DNA from: Lama guanicoe
Taxonomy: Eukaryota
Direction: 5' to 3'
Assembly (NCBI GenBank): GCA_013239625.1
Contig: MU054187.1
Location: 4,103,757 to 4,167,756 of the forward strand
Length of the DNA stretch: 64,000 nt
Below are positions 1-10,560 of the stretch, one piece after another (positions within the stretch are counted from its first letter, which is position 1; every line of letters starts with the position of its first letter). The notes under the pieces were generated by a model. It made no database searches and was not told the origin of the DNA. It saw only the letters and a list, made by a program, of their open reading frames with translations. Position numbers and translations under genes: made by a program.

Positions 1-204
1 AATATAGAGAAACTGAACATCAAAGAAATAAGCTATTTAAAGTTTAATGATATTTAGGAAAAATAACAGATCTAAAAGTGTGAAAACAGACTGACTATAT
101 TTTGGAACACTGAACCAAATACAAATAACTATGAGAGTTAGAAAGAGAAAAGTGACAATGGACTTGGACTTAAATAATATGCCTTAAAAACAATATGACT
201 TAAA

Positions 205-460
205 TGATAAACATGTCGATTCTCCCATCTGTAACTACAGATTTAAAGTAACTCCAATCAAAATCCCTACAGGATTTTTTTTTTCCTAATCCCTTCTTGG
301 AAACAGAGCAAGTCATTTTGGAGAAAGGGGAAAAATTTATCTATCTATCTATCCATCTATCCATCCATCCAACTGTCTATCTATCAGTCATAGCAGGGTG
401 ACTTTCCTTACCAGAAATCAAGACTTATTTTGATGCTAGAACAATTAAGGCTGTGGCACT
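205..460 (+). mobile_element. Old L1 ORF2 fragment
   Basis: atgtcgattctccc...tacagatttaaagtaactccaatcaaaatccctacaggattttt resembles the conserved L1 ORF2 segment. Confidence 0.6.
338..385. repeat. (TATC)n/(CATC)n microsatellite
   Basis: tatctatctatctatccatctatccatccatcc...ctatctatc. Confidence 0.85.
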
Positions 461-619
461 GGTGGCATATTCTGGCCTTCTCCCTCAGCTTCACTGAAGT
501 ATAACTGACAAAGCTGTACTTAAAATGCACATTCTAAACCATTTGGGTAATGAGATATAACAAACAAAACAGACCAATTATTGCCTTTATGAAGCTTCCC
601 TTCCCAATCCAGCAACCTG

Positions 620-1150
620 CCATCTTCCTAAATCAGATCATGTCACCCTATGCTTAAAACCTTCCAATGGTTTCTCATTACATAGAAATGAAACCCAGAC
701 TCCTTACCACCATCTACAAGGTAAGTCCTAGATGATCTGGTTCCAGTTCTTTCTCTATTTTCGCCCTTATTTACTCCATTCCAGACTTACCTGTATTCTT
801 CTTATCCCTTGGCCTCAGGGCCTCTGTACCTGTACTCTTCTGCTCACACACTCCCCAAATCTCAGCATGACGGTCTGTCTCCCTCTTATCATCCAGTTCT
901 CAGCCCCTGTGACAGTGCCTTGGAGAGGCCCCGCCCCCATCACTTTTCTCACAAGGTCTTACTTACTCTTCTTCAAAACCCTTATTAGCATCTGAAATCA
1001 ACATATTTGTTTACACGTTTACTATCTATCCTGACCCACTAGAACATAAGTTCTGTGAGTTCAAGGGCGGTGTCCCTCACTACTATAGTTCTATCCCCAC
1101 TGCCCAAACCAGTGCCTGGCACAGTGGGTGCTAAATAAGTGCTTCCTGAC
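620..1150 (+). mobile_element. L2 LINE 3' fragment
   Basis: cagatcatgtcacc...cttaaaaccttccaatgg through to cagtgcctggcacag...gtgctaaataag, typical of the L2 3' region. Confidence 0.75.
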
Positions 1151-1819
1151 TGAAAACATGATTCTTCATCAGTGGAGTTTCATTTCTTCCTTGTGATACT
1201 TCCCACTCAATCTACTAGCACAACTACTGCCTATCTGACTCAGTCCTCACCAGGAACTTGAAGAGTAAGAAATCAAAACCCTAAAATACAATTAATCCTA
1301 TCTGTAACAGTTCAGTTACTTTGGGGTCGAATAGGCTTTGGTTAATGCCGCAAGAAGATCTTCTTTACTGCTTTTCTCCATAAATCGTTACATCCCAGTA
1401 AGTTTTTTGATATAATGCCTCGCACCGTGCCTTCAGCAGGCATTCAAGAACTGTTTTCTAAATGGATACACACTGCTCTCTGCTGTCTTCTCCCTACGCT
1501 TTCAAAGTCAAGTACTACCTGTCCAATACACCCCTACAAGTAATTAAACACGCTCGAGCGGCTCACAGACACTAACACAAACATATGAAACAAACATCCA
1601 CAGAACCTTCTCTTAGTCCCACACAACACTCTAGCCAAGCTCCTCAGAAGCACAATTTCTTGAAAGACTTGTCTTGATCCAATGTTTCTATTTCTTTACC
1701 TCCTGTCTTTTTTCAATTTTCAATTTTGTTTCCTTCCCATCAAGCCGCCAAGCAAACCCTCACAGTTTACCAATGACCTGCATACAGAACCATGATTTAG
1801 AGTGTGTATCCATCACCAG

Positions 1820-2040
1820 AGTGCCTGGGTTAAATTCCAGCTCCTCCTCTTTCTGGGTATGTGACTCACCTAGGCTAGTCACTTGATCTTTCTGAGCTGC
1901 AGTTACCTTATTGCTAAAAGTAGGTGACAAATGTATCTTTTTATAGGGTTCTCTGGGTCAATCAATGAAACAGAAGAGGCAAGACAAACCGTACAGTGCT
2001 TAACACAGATGAAGCACTTAACAAAAGCTGGCTGTTAATA
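1820..2040 (+). mobile_element. MIR SINE
   Basis: gggttaaattccagctc...tgtgac...gtcacttgatctttctgagc...tagggtt core pattern. Confidence 0.6.
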
Positions 2041-2649
2041 TTCTTATTAAATGATCATTTTCAGTTTTTGTTATCCTTGGTCCCAGGCTCTGATCTCCCC
2101 TTTCACACTGTGCTCTCTCCCTAAGCAATCCTGCCCACAGCTGGACTGCTCAATTAATGTCGCGACACTGACGACTCACACATTTATATTTCCAGTTCAG
2201 ATGTCTCTTCAGACCCATGTAGTCAACTACCTGCTCAGTAAGCCCGTCGGACATACCTGAGGCACCTCTAACTCGGCAAGTCTAAGGTGGCGCTCACAAC
2301 GTGCTGCCCTTCAGCACCAGAAAAACACCAACTGTGAAAGCCAGAAACAGGAGCCACTTCTGACACACATCCCTAGAAATTCTCATACTTACACATGTAT
2401 CTTCTCTACAACCATAACAAGTTCTATGAATTGAAAATGTATTATCTCTCATTTGAGAAAGCCTCCTAACTGCTCTAACCCCTCCCAACCACTCTCCAAG
2501 CGTCTACACCCTGCGCCCTTCCAACCTTTAAAAACCTGTAGTCAAGAGCACACTTCAGTTATACCTCCTATACTGCCTTATACACAGAATGAGACAGACA
2601 TGAGGTCATTCCTAGGCCATTAAATGAATCTCTGTGAGCCCAAGATGAT

Positions 2650-2815
2650 TTTCTAGCTGTGTAACCTTTGGCAAACTACTTAGCCTCTCCAAGCCTCAAT
2701 TTATTTATCGGAAAATGGTGGAAATGGTACTTAACCTCCTATGTTGTCAAGAGTAAATTAATAATGGTAATAAAAAGCTTAATTCAGTGCTTGCCACTTA
2801 CTGAGGACCAAATAA
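2650..2815 (+). mobile_element. MIR SINE
   Basis: tagctgtgtaacctttggcaaactacttagcctctccaagcctcaattt...aaaatgg core. Confidence 0.75.
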
Positions 2816-3229
2816 AAGTTAGCCAGTAAAACAAGCAGAGTACAGCTTCCCCACCGCCTGAGCTGGAGTCCTCCTCTCTCACAAAGTCTACTTCAGCAAC
2901 GTCCTAACTGGTCCCTCTCACCTCCAAAGGTCCAAAGCCCAAACCAAGTACGGCACATTGCAGGTGTCAAGAAAAGTCAGGGGAACCTGGCTTTCTTTCA
3001 GTACTCCAGGAGTGAACTAAAGATCGGGCACAAACTTCTCTGAGACTGGCATATGATCCAGCCCGTGTCTCCCTTCCTAATTTCTTCTCCAGTAAGTCTC
3101 CAACGTGCATCTTATCCAAATTCATCAGGGTACTTGAATTTACTACAGTACTACTGTTAGGCCTGCTCCTTTGAATTTATTTTTTATCTGTCTGAAATGC
3201 TTATGCCTGCACTAATTATTAAATTGCTA

Positions 3230-3345
3230 GTTATCTCAATTTTACAGAAGAAGAAACTGTAGCTCAGAGAAGCTAAGTGACTGGTCAGGATCACCCAGCC
3301 TGGTGCCTGGACAAGACGTTAAGCCAGGTGTTCTTTGCACTATGT
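3230..3345 (-). mobile_element. MIR SINE
   Basis: attttacagaagaagaaactgtagctcagagaagctaagtgact is the reverse MIR core. Confidence 0.75.
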
Positions 3346-3865
3346 TAGCACGTCTCAAACTTTTCCAGTGAGTATTTCTGTTGAGAGAGGAGCTTCACTC
3401 TCGCTCTAGAAATGAAGGAAGGCGCAGGACCCAACACTCCCACCAGCTTGGAGTATCATGCTTTATCTTCAAATAAATCACTGTCAAGAACTTGTAACAA
3501 GCCGAGGACAGGAGCCCCTCAAAAAGAGAGTTCCTTGTAAGTTAAATCAAAACTATAAATCTAAATCTGCCTGTTCTGCGGCTGCCAATTCACTCCAAAA
3601 ATAACTGTCTTCAGCCTTCATTTTCATCATTATCCACAAGGATATAATGAGACAGTGTCATACAAATGGCTGTCATTACTATTATCTTCACACAATGAAA
3701 TCGATCATTGCGATTTCTGGGTATGAAAAAGCCCAGGAAAAGAAGAAAGGCTGCCCTGAGGATGCTCCCGAGATTTCAAACATGAGAAAGGCTGAAGACA
3801 AAAGGGAATCCAGAGATCCTAGGCTGAACTTGAGTTATCTTAGGATAACATGCACTTCTCTAGAG

Positions 3866-4059
3866 CTGGGGTTTCCAGCTTGGGCACCAACTGACAAATA
3901 GGGCCAGATAATTCATTATGGGGGACTGTCCTGTGCATTATGGCATGTCCACCCTCGACCTACTAGATGCCAATGGCATTCTGCCCCCAGCTGTGACAAC
4001 CAAAAATCTTCAGACATTGCCCAATGTCCCTGGGGGGAGGGCCTGTCCCCAGCTGAGTA
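3866..4059 (-). mobile_element. MER20 (hAT-Charlie non-autonomous DNA transposon) with 8-bp TSD
   Basis: ctgtcctgtgcatt...ctactagatgcca...gtgacaaccaaaaat...cagacattgcc-aatgtccctggggg is the reverse complement of the MER20 consensus. It is flanked by identical CTCTAGAG at 3858-3865 and 4060-4067. Confidence 0.88.
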
Positions 4060-4534
4060 CTCTAGAGTGATACCTGGAGCATCCTTTTACTGAGTAAACA
4101 TGAGACAGGAGAGCTCAAGCCTCTGACTCTAGACGGGAATGTCGTGGGAGAAAGAGGCCTCTCTCCATGTGCACAGGGCACCAGGAGAAAAGAAAGGCGC
4201 ATCTGCGGCTTCTCAATGCCAGTTTTCCATCAGGACGTAAACTGAGTGGGATCTGCCTTAAGATCCTTATCAAAAAATTTCAGGTGAGGCTTCAAGATCA
4301 CCAGACATTTAAGACTGTACTTCTGGGTGTTGGAGGAGGAAAGAAAAAGGGAAAGAATGTAGGGCTGAGTCTCGACTTAGATGGCTACAACATCTGGCCT
4401 CTAGTCTTTGCCTTTTGCAAAAATTCAACTCTGCTGCTATATTTCACTATTTTTGCTTTTAAGCTTCTACTATAAATTTTGTTTTAAGTGGCTTCCTTAG
4501 AAGTAGTTCATACAAACTGTGGAATGGAGTGTCA

Positions 4535-4680
4535 TGAGCTTCGGGTTTCCCATCTGTAAAGTGGGAATAAAATTCACTTCTTAAAGTTGCTGTGAGGATT
4601 AATGAAAGTCCCTTGTAGCCAGGATCTGGGCACCTAAAATACACTCAATAAATGATTACTGTTATTACTGTTATAATTAT
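4535..4680 (+). mobile_element. MIR SINE (3' part)
   Basis: gtttcccatctgtaaagtgggaataa...gttgctgtgaggattaatga...cactcaataaatg. Confidence 0.75.
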
Positions 4681-5719
4681 CATATAGCAACTTCTCTGAA
4701 ACTCCCGTTTTTCCAAACTCTTAAGGACAAATACGTGCTTTGGAGAAATGAGAAAGATATTTTACAAGCACATCTTATGTCTAGATGCAAATGCAAGAGA
4801 AGTATTATTTGTGATGATAAGGCATAGCAGGGCAAAAGAAAAACCTGAGATGTTCTGTTTTGTTTGAGAATTATCGTGTCAATTACATCTGGTATCCAGC
4901 AGCTCATAACATGAGAGCCAAAGTTCCTTCCCACTGCAAAAAAAATTTTAAAAAGGAAAAAAAAAAGACAGTAAGAAAAAAAAAGAGACAAAGAAAGAAA
5001 AAGAAAGCAAGCCAAAACAATAGAAGGGTAGACTGGAGAGAGGGTTACACAAGACACGTAATTCTGCAACTACAATACTTTAAGTCTTACAAGAACAACA
5101 CTAAAAGGTCAGATACCTTCCAAAAAAGCCGCAGTTTACATTTCACTGTTTATCTAATTAATAAAATTCCACTGGCAACAATTTTTCTTCCCCGTCGCCA
5201 AAATCTACTGTTAGGTGAGTCAGGACATACACTTATAAAGTACTGCCACTCTGTTAAGCTCCTCCTCTGAAATTGTAATACCTTTCAGAGAGCTTTATTC
5301 ATTCAGCAGCAGCTGCACTGAAATGATGAGTTTTAATAGTATTAATAACAAAATGTATGGATTTCCCTAGAAACCTACCCAAGGAAAAAGTAAGTCTTCC
5401 TCAATTCTTATTCTTCGGAGTAAATATGGGATAGATGGCTGAAATAAAGTTGCTGGGAAATATACTTCCAACACCTCCTTGAAGGGCCCCCCAAATATAC
5501 ACCATTACCAGGGTCCTGAGAAGATCGGAGCTTAAGTAAACCAGGACGGAGCACACCACGGAAGCCCCGCGCACTAAATACTACCAGCTCCACAGCAGGC
5601 CTGCTCACAGTCCTGGCCTCCAGCTGGCTCCCGGCAGGTCCACCAGGATAAGTGTATTTCACAGTCACGACCCTTCCAGCACTTAAACCAAAGAAGGCAA
5701 GAGGGCCTTGAGGGTTCTG

Positions 5720-5830
5720 GTTCAACCCCTTCATTTTACAGAAAAGCTTGCAGCAGGGAGTGAAGTTAACTTTCTCATCCTTTTGATATCAGGGCCCACT
5801 CAGACCCAGAGCTGCAGATCCCAGGTACCA
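5720..5830 (-). mobile_element. MIR SINE fragment
   Basis: cccttcattttacaga...gaagttaactttctc. Confidence 0.45.
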
Positions 5831-5889
5831 AGAGGGCACGCACACCAGGGGATGAGCCATAAGGGCAGGCGCCCAGGGTCAGAGGACCG

Positions 5890-5985
5890 GCAACCTCACC
5901 CAGCTCTTCCAGGAACTCTCTGTATGACCTTGAGCACCTAAAACTGGGTGTCTCAGTCTCCAGATCTGCAAAATGGGAGCCAGAG
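5890..5985 (+). mobile_element. MIR SINE fragment
   Basis: tgtatgaccttgagca...tctcagtctccagatctgcaaaatggga. Confidence 0.55.
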
Positions 5986-6084
5986 CCCTACCATCTGGGG
6001 CTGTTCGAGGCGTCAAGGCGCCGGGACCCCGGCTCCCACGCTGCGGAGCCTCAGCGCCCCCGGCCCGGCGCTCGCGGCACCCAC

Positions 6085-6471
6085 CTGCACGTTGGGGAAA
6101 GCGGTCTTGAGCAGGTAAAACATCTTGCGGTTGGACAGCACGTCCCCGCTGGTCATCTTGTCGTCGGCCCCCTCGCGCGTCTTCCCCTTGGACTTCTCGT
6201 GGAGGACGTTGCTCTCGCGGACGCGCCGCACTTCGTCGCCGCCGCGCACGGCCGCCAGCACCGACACGGCCAGCATCTCGCGCAGGTCCACGGTGCCCCC
6301 GTCGGCCGAGGCCGCGGGCCCGGCCACACCGCCGCCCGGCTCGCCGGCCAGGCCGAAGAGGCTGAAGCGGCCGGCCAGGAAGCCCGAGTAGAGGTGGTAG
6401 AGCACGCCGAGCCCCAGCAGGCAGAACACGGCCACCCCCAGCGGGGACAGGCGGATGCCCATGGGGGCCAT
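6085..6471 (-). CDS. BPNT2: BPNT2/IMPAD1 (Golgi-resident adenosine 3',5'-bisphosphate 3'-phosphatase, gPAPP), coding part of exon 1, 129 codons
   Basis: The translation [34 protein letters not shown]...[69 protein letters not shown] matches the mammalian IMPAD1 N-terminus (type II membrane anchor plus start of the inositol monophosphatase-family domain). The ATG at 6471 is in a strong Kozak context (gccgcgccATGG). A phase-0 donor CAG|GTGGGT lies at 6085/6084, where similarity to the known protein ends. Confidence 0.97.
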
Positions 6472-6689
6472 GGCGCGGCAGGCCGGGCGCTCGGGGCGGC
6501 GGCCCGCACAGGCCTCCCCGCGCTCCCGGGCCAGGCGCCGCGCGGACTACACCGGCGCCCGCTGCCCGGCGCCCGCGCGCCCCATCGCCCCCTCCCGGGA
6601 AAGGCCGCGCCGCGCCGAGAAGGCCCCGCCGCCGTTCCTCGCGCCCAGCTCCCCGGGCAGCGCGCTCCCGGCTCCCCACCGGCCAGCAG

Positions 6690-6840
6690 GTCTCGCTTCC
6701 ACGTTAGCCAACGGCCGGGAGGTGAAAGGGGAGCGCGGGTGTGTATCCGGGTCACGCGGGGGGCGGGGCGGGGGCGGGGCCCTCGGGCTCCTCCCAGGGG
6801 CGGGGCGACCGGCTTGGAACTCCGGGAGGCGGGGGTCCGC
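6690..6840 (-). promoter_or_regulatory. BPNT2 proximal promoter with Sp/KLF GC boxes, an ETS-like and an E-box-like motif
   Basis: Tandem GGGGCGGGG motifs at 6758-6780, near 6797-6806 and near 6828. GGAAG (ETS core) on the minus strand near 6695-6700, and GTCACGCG at 6751-6758. The TSS cannot be located precisely. Confidence 0.65.
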
Positions 6841-7934
6841 GCTGCCTCCGTCGGTCCTCTTGGTGGTGTTTGGGTTTTCAGACCATTGCTGGTCTGGATG
6901 TGGCGGAGCTGCTTCCCCCGCACGGAAGGATGCTGAATACTTTGTAGCAATTTAAATTAAATGTCCCTGTCAGCGACAGGGTATGGCTGAAATAGAGCCA
7001 CAGTGACAATGTAGACTTCCCATCACTCAGACTGTTGAGGAACGGAGGACGTTACGAGCCTTTTTAAGAGAAATCTGTTTGCTTTTTTTTTTGTAGGCAC
7101 GTGTGTAGACAGAACCTGTAACTTTAAATCGCCTCTCTGGGTTCTTCTAGGCAGAGAGGGAGTTGGGTGGAGACGGAGAACTTTTCCTGGCTCTTTATTC
7201 TGTTGGCACCCGTGTCTAAACGCTTACGCATTTAACTCTGTCTGTATGTATAGATTTTTACCTTTACCTCCACCTGCCAGAATGAACCATCCCCTATGCA
7301 GGTGAAGAGCTTACCTTGATTAATGACTTTCACTTCCAATACACAGCCATTGCCTAAGCCCTGGATTCTTCACTGAGGCTTCTTTTCTCTTCCTATTCCT
7401 GTGGGTTTATAGAATAAGGATAAGCATTTCTCAGACACAAAACCTTATCAAAATCTAGCCAAAAGGTAATAGGAAGCAAGGTAGAGGTAGAGTTTTCTCC
7501 ATGTGGTTTTAAATGCGCTTCTCTTTCTCTTTCAGCCTCTGATGAGGTGTCAGTCATAGGGACATAGCTTTGGAAATATGAAGCAAACTTATCTTTGATA
7601 TACGTGGGGCAAGGCAAGGGAAATGATGAATCCAGCTGGTGGCTCAGAGTAAGTGGGCAAACGGTAGACAGATTTCCATGATTCCTGGTTCTCCAGGATC
7701 CCAGTTAGGAAATGACCAGCAAAATGTCATTACTGTAAAGAACCAGAAGCCCTAGGGGGCATTTATAGGGCCATGCTCTTTTTAATTGCTCACATCCAGG
7801 GGCGGGGCTAAGAAGAGGAGGTTGACTGCAAGAGGCCCGGAGGGAACACCTGAGGTGCCCCAAGTGTTCCGTACTATGACTGTCGGAGTGGTGACCTGAC
7901 GCTGCACATTTGTCCAAATTCAGCAAATCAAGTT

Positions 7935-8160
7935 CTTTTTTAAAAAAACACCTTTATTGTGGTATGGCTCCTGTATAGTAAACTACACATATTTCAGATG
8001 TACACTTGGCTGAATTTTGATAGATGTAGACACCCATGAAACCACCACCACAATCAAGACAGCTAACATTTCCATCACTCCCCAAGAGGTGCAGTTTTCG
8101 AATTCCCAATTTATCCTTTCCCACCCCCTTTAACCACTGGTAACCATAAGTTTGTCAAAT
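7935..8160 (-). mobile_element. L1 3'UTR fragments (an older L1M-type end plus a short cetartiodactyl-type piece)
   Basis: ctttattgtggtat...aactacacatattt...gaaaccaccaccacaatcaagacagctaacatttccatcac, then ttcccaccccctttaaccactggtaaccataagtttgt. Confidence 0.75.
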
Positions 8161-8964
8161 TCTTAAAATTAATTAATTTTATTATATATAAATTATACCT
8201 TAAAAACTGATTTTTTTTTTTTTTGGAAGGAAGGGAAGAAGGAAGTACAGACCCATAGACCAACTCAAGAAACAGTATGCATGTCATCCTGTTGTGACTC
8301 TGGAGACAGTGCAGAGCAGGGCACAGAGCTGACATCTGCATTTCAGCCGTGACACTGCACGTCCCGACAACACTGTCCTGGTGGGATACTTTAAGAAAGC
8401 AAGAAATATCTTCTACTCCTGTCTAGCGCAATCTGCAAGCTCATTCTCCCCCACGGACTTGTGAAGGTAGAAATAAACACAAAATCATCAAGGGAGAAAA
8501 GACCACTTTTCCTCTAGTCAAACTAGAATGCAGATAGCTGGGGAAATGGGTGACCCCCTATGCCTTTTGAAGGGGCACAGGGCAAATGAGAATAAATCAT
8601 GCAGGTATAAAAAGCCCCAGTCTGACTGGATTTGTGGCCTGAGATCCTGCAGAGATGGATCTGGCTAAGAAAAACTAGGGCAGCATTTAGAAGTGAAGTC
8701 ACTTATCTATATCAATCATAGCAAGGCTAAGGCCAAAAAGAAGGAGGAGACACATGCATCCTAAAGAACTGAGGAAGATGCTCTGCTTGCATTCTACCTG
8801 GAGCAGTTAAGGCCAACTTCAGTCAAAGCCGTGATGTTCAGAAAGTGCTTCTCAGGCTGAGGCAAAAGAGGGAACAAAGACACAAAAGAAAAGCACAGCG
8901 TTTGCTGTTGCAAAGTGGATCCCAGGTATGATGGCCCTTATCTTAGAGTCAGTAAAACAAATCT

Positions 8965-9060
8965 TTGAAGTCTGGCTCTGTTGCCCACGGAGTAGGAACC
9001 CAGGCTTCACCACTTACTGGCTGTATGATCTTAGGCAAGACACTTGACCTCTCTTATCTA
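8965..9060 (+). mobile_element. MIR SINE fragment
   Basis: caccacttactggctgtatgatcttaggcaagacacttgacctctc. Confidence 0.7.
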
Positions 9061-9395
9061 GGTGGGCAAACGCACACGTGTGCGCGCACACACACATGAC
9101 ACTAAGGAATCTTCAGAGACTGGTTTGGAGAGATAATTATAATCCAACTCATAAAAAGTGTGGCAGAGGTTAGAAGTAAAATCTTTCATTTGGTTGACTT
9201 GGCCCACAGATGCTGTACGTGTGTGCCCCGCAGGCGGCCCCCTCAACGCCCTCAGAATGCATTCATCTGACCCTCTTCCCCTCAGCCTTTCCCCCTGGGG
9301 CCAACTCTGCATTACCCATCTCCAGCACTTCCTCTTTCTTCCTTCCTAGCAGACTGTAAGTTTTTGTGAGAGAGAACAGATGTGGGTCTAGCCGC

Positions 9396-9418
9396 ATGTG
9401 ATGTGATGTGATGTGATG
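9396..9418. repeat. (ATGTG)n short tandem repeat
   Basis: atgtgatgtgatgtgatgtgatg. Confidence 0.8.
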
Positions 9419-9829
9419 GCTCAGGATTCATCTAAATAGTTGCGGTAACTCTGTTCTCTGTCGCCCCAGGCTTCTTTAAAGCTAGAATGTGGCCTTAAAC
9501 CCAGTTCTAGCCAGTGATACTGAAGAGAACATCCCTGAAGAACAGACCTGAGGATAAAAGCCAGCGTCTTTGGCCTGGAGGAAGGGAAGACAGGAGGAGC
9601 CTGGGTGCCGTATCATTGGACACATCGCAGTAGGACCACTGAACGCGGTTTTACGATTTCTCTCCTTTCTTCTCGTCCTTAGAATGTATCCCACTTACTC
9701 TACTAGGGCTGGACTTTAGAGGCAAATTACTATGTTTTAAAGTGACGTATCATTTTTCCTGTGACATTAAACTAAGCATTTGATATACTGTTCAGTTTAT
9801 TTTGACTTTCAATATTTAGAGATTTTTCC

Positions 9830-10560
9830 CCCCATTTGGATTAAATTTTCTGTTTACATTTACATGGTTCCAAAGTCAAAAATATGAAACAAGGGACAGT
9901 GTAAGAAGCTAAAGTCCTGTCTCTGACTCAATCACTCTGTTCTCTCCCTCCGAACAAGTAACAGTTTTTATTAGTTTTTAAAAATTGATTTTTCAAAATA
10001 TGAGCCATAATGGATTCCATTTCTCAGATGAAAGGAAACATACTCTACACACTGCCGTGCCACTTGCCTTTTAGATTTTTATTTTATTTATTTATTTTAT
10101 TGATGTGTAGCTGACTTACAATGCTGTGTTAGTTCCTGGTGGACAGCACAGTGATTCCCTGCTGCCTTTTCATTTGCGCCTTGGAGGCTACTCTGCAGCG
10201 AGCTCTCCCCTGTCCGTTTGAGGACGACTCCATTCTGTGACTATACAGTCGTGCTCTGTTGCTCTGCTGTGTGAACATACTACCATTTCTTCTCCCCTTT
10301 CCCTGAGGATGGAAACTAGGATTGTTTCCAGCACTTTACAAATAGTTTTCTAACAACAACAACAACAAAAGCACAGTTGCCTATACCTTTTCATGTGTTC
10401 CTCAAGTATTTTTAAGATACATGTCTAAAACTGGAATTGTTGTGTCAGAGGGTAAGTGCACATATGATTTTGCCAGACATTGCTAAATTCTTCTCCAGTG
10501 GGGTTGGATCTTCTTGCATTGTAACCACCAAGGTGTTAAAAGAGTCTGTTTCCCCAGTCT
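9830..10560 (-). mobile_element. Old L1ME-like fragment interrupted by a short younger L1 3' end (~10075-10160)
   Basis: aggattgtttccagc...ctggaattgttgtgtcagagggtaagtgcacat in the old part. The insert reads (ttttA)n ttgatgtgtagctgacttacaatgctgtgttagtt...acagcacagtgattc. Confidence 0.65.

Larger units (their letters stand above)
1..6084 (-). other. BPNT2: BPNT2 intron 1 (partial, continues beyond the window start)
   Basis: Begins at the GT donor (6084). It is repeat-rich, and I found no frame encoding the expected exon 2 peptide (INTEEHVD...). Confidence 0.85.
5990..6930. promoter_or_regulatory. CpG island covering the BPNT2 promoter, 5'UTR and exon 1
   Basis: Very high GC and CpG density against AT-rich flanks. 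No TATA box is evident. Confidence 0.93.

Noticed and set aside
4680..5270. ORFs of 129 and 136 aa with Lys- or Phe-rich stretches
   Set aside because: They arise from an A-rich low-complexity tract at ~4938-5020.
5720..5985. Inverted MIR pair near the exon 1 donor as a dsRNA/editing substrate
   Set aside because: The copies are too diverged; only about 11 nt of clear complementarity was seen.
6013..6084. Last 23 aa (VGAASAG...VPAP) of the 152-aa ORF treated as part of the protein
   Set aside because: They lie beyond the CAG|GT donor, and the known protein continues with INTEEH from exon 2.
1..6084. Search for BPNT2 exon 2
   Set aside because: No frame encoding INTEEHVD.../WIDPLDAT was found, so it is presumably outside the window.
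5879..6955. Long ORFs overlapping BPNT2 exon 1 (266, 265, 245 and 166 aa on both strands)
   Set aside because: Stop-poor by-products of the CpG island with Arg/Gly/Pro/Ala-rich low-complexity translations, non-ATG starts in several, and no recognisable domain.
8600..8620. TATAAAAG as the promoter of a divergent gene
   Set aside because: Isolated motif with no supporting exon or CpG context, and possibly LTR-derived.
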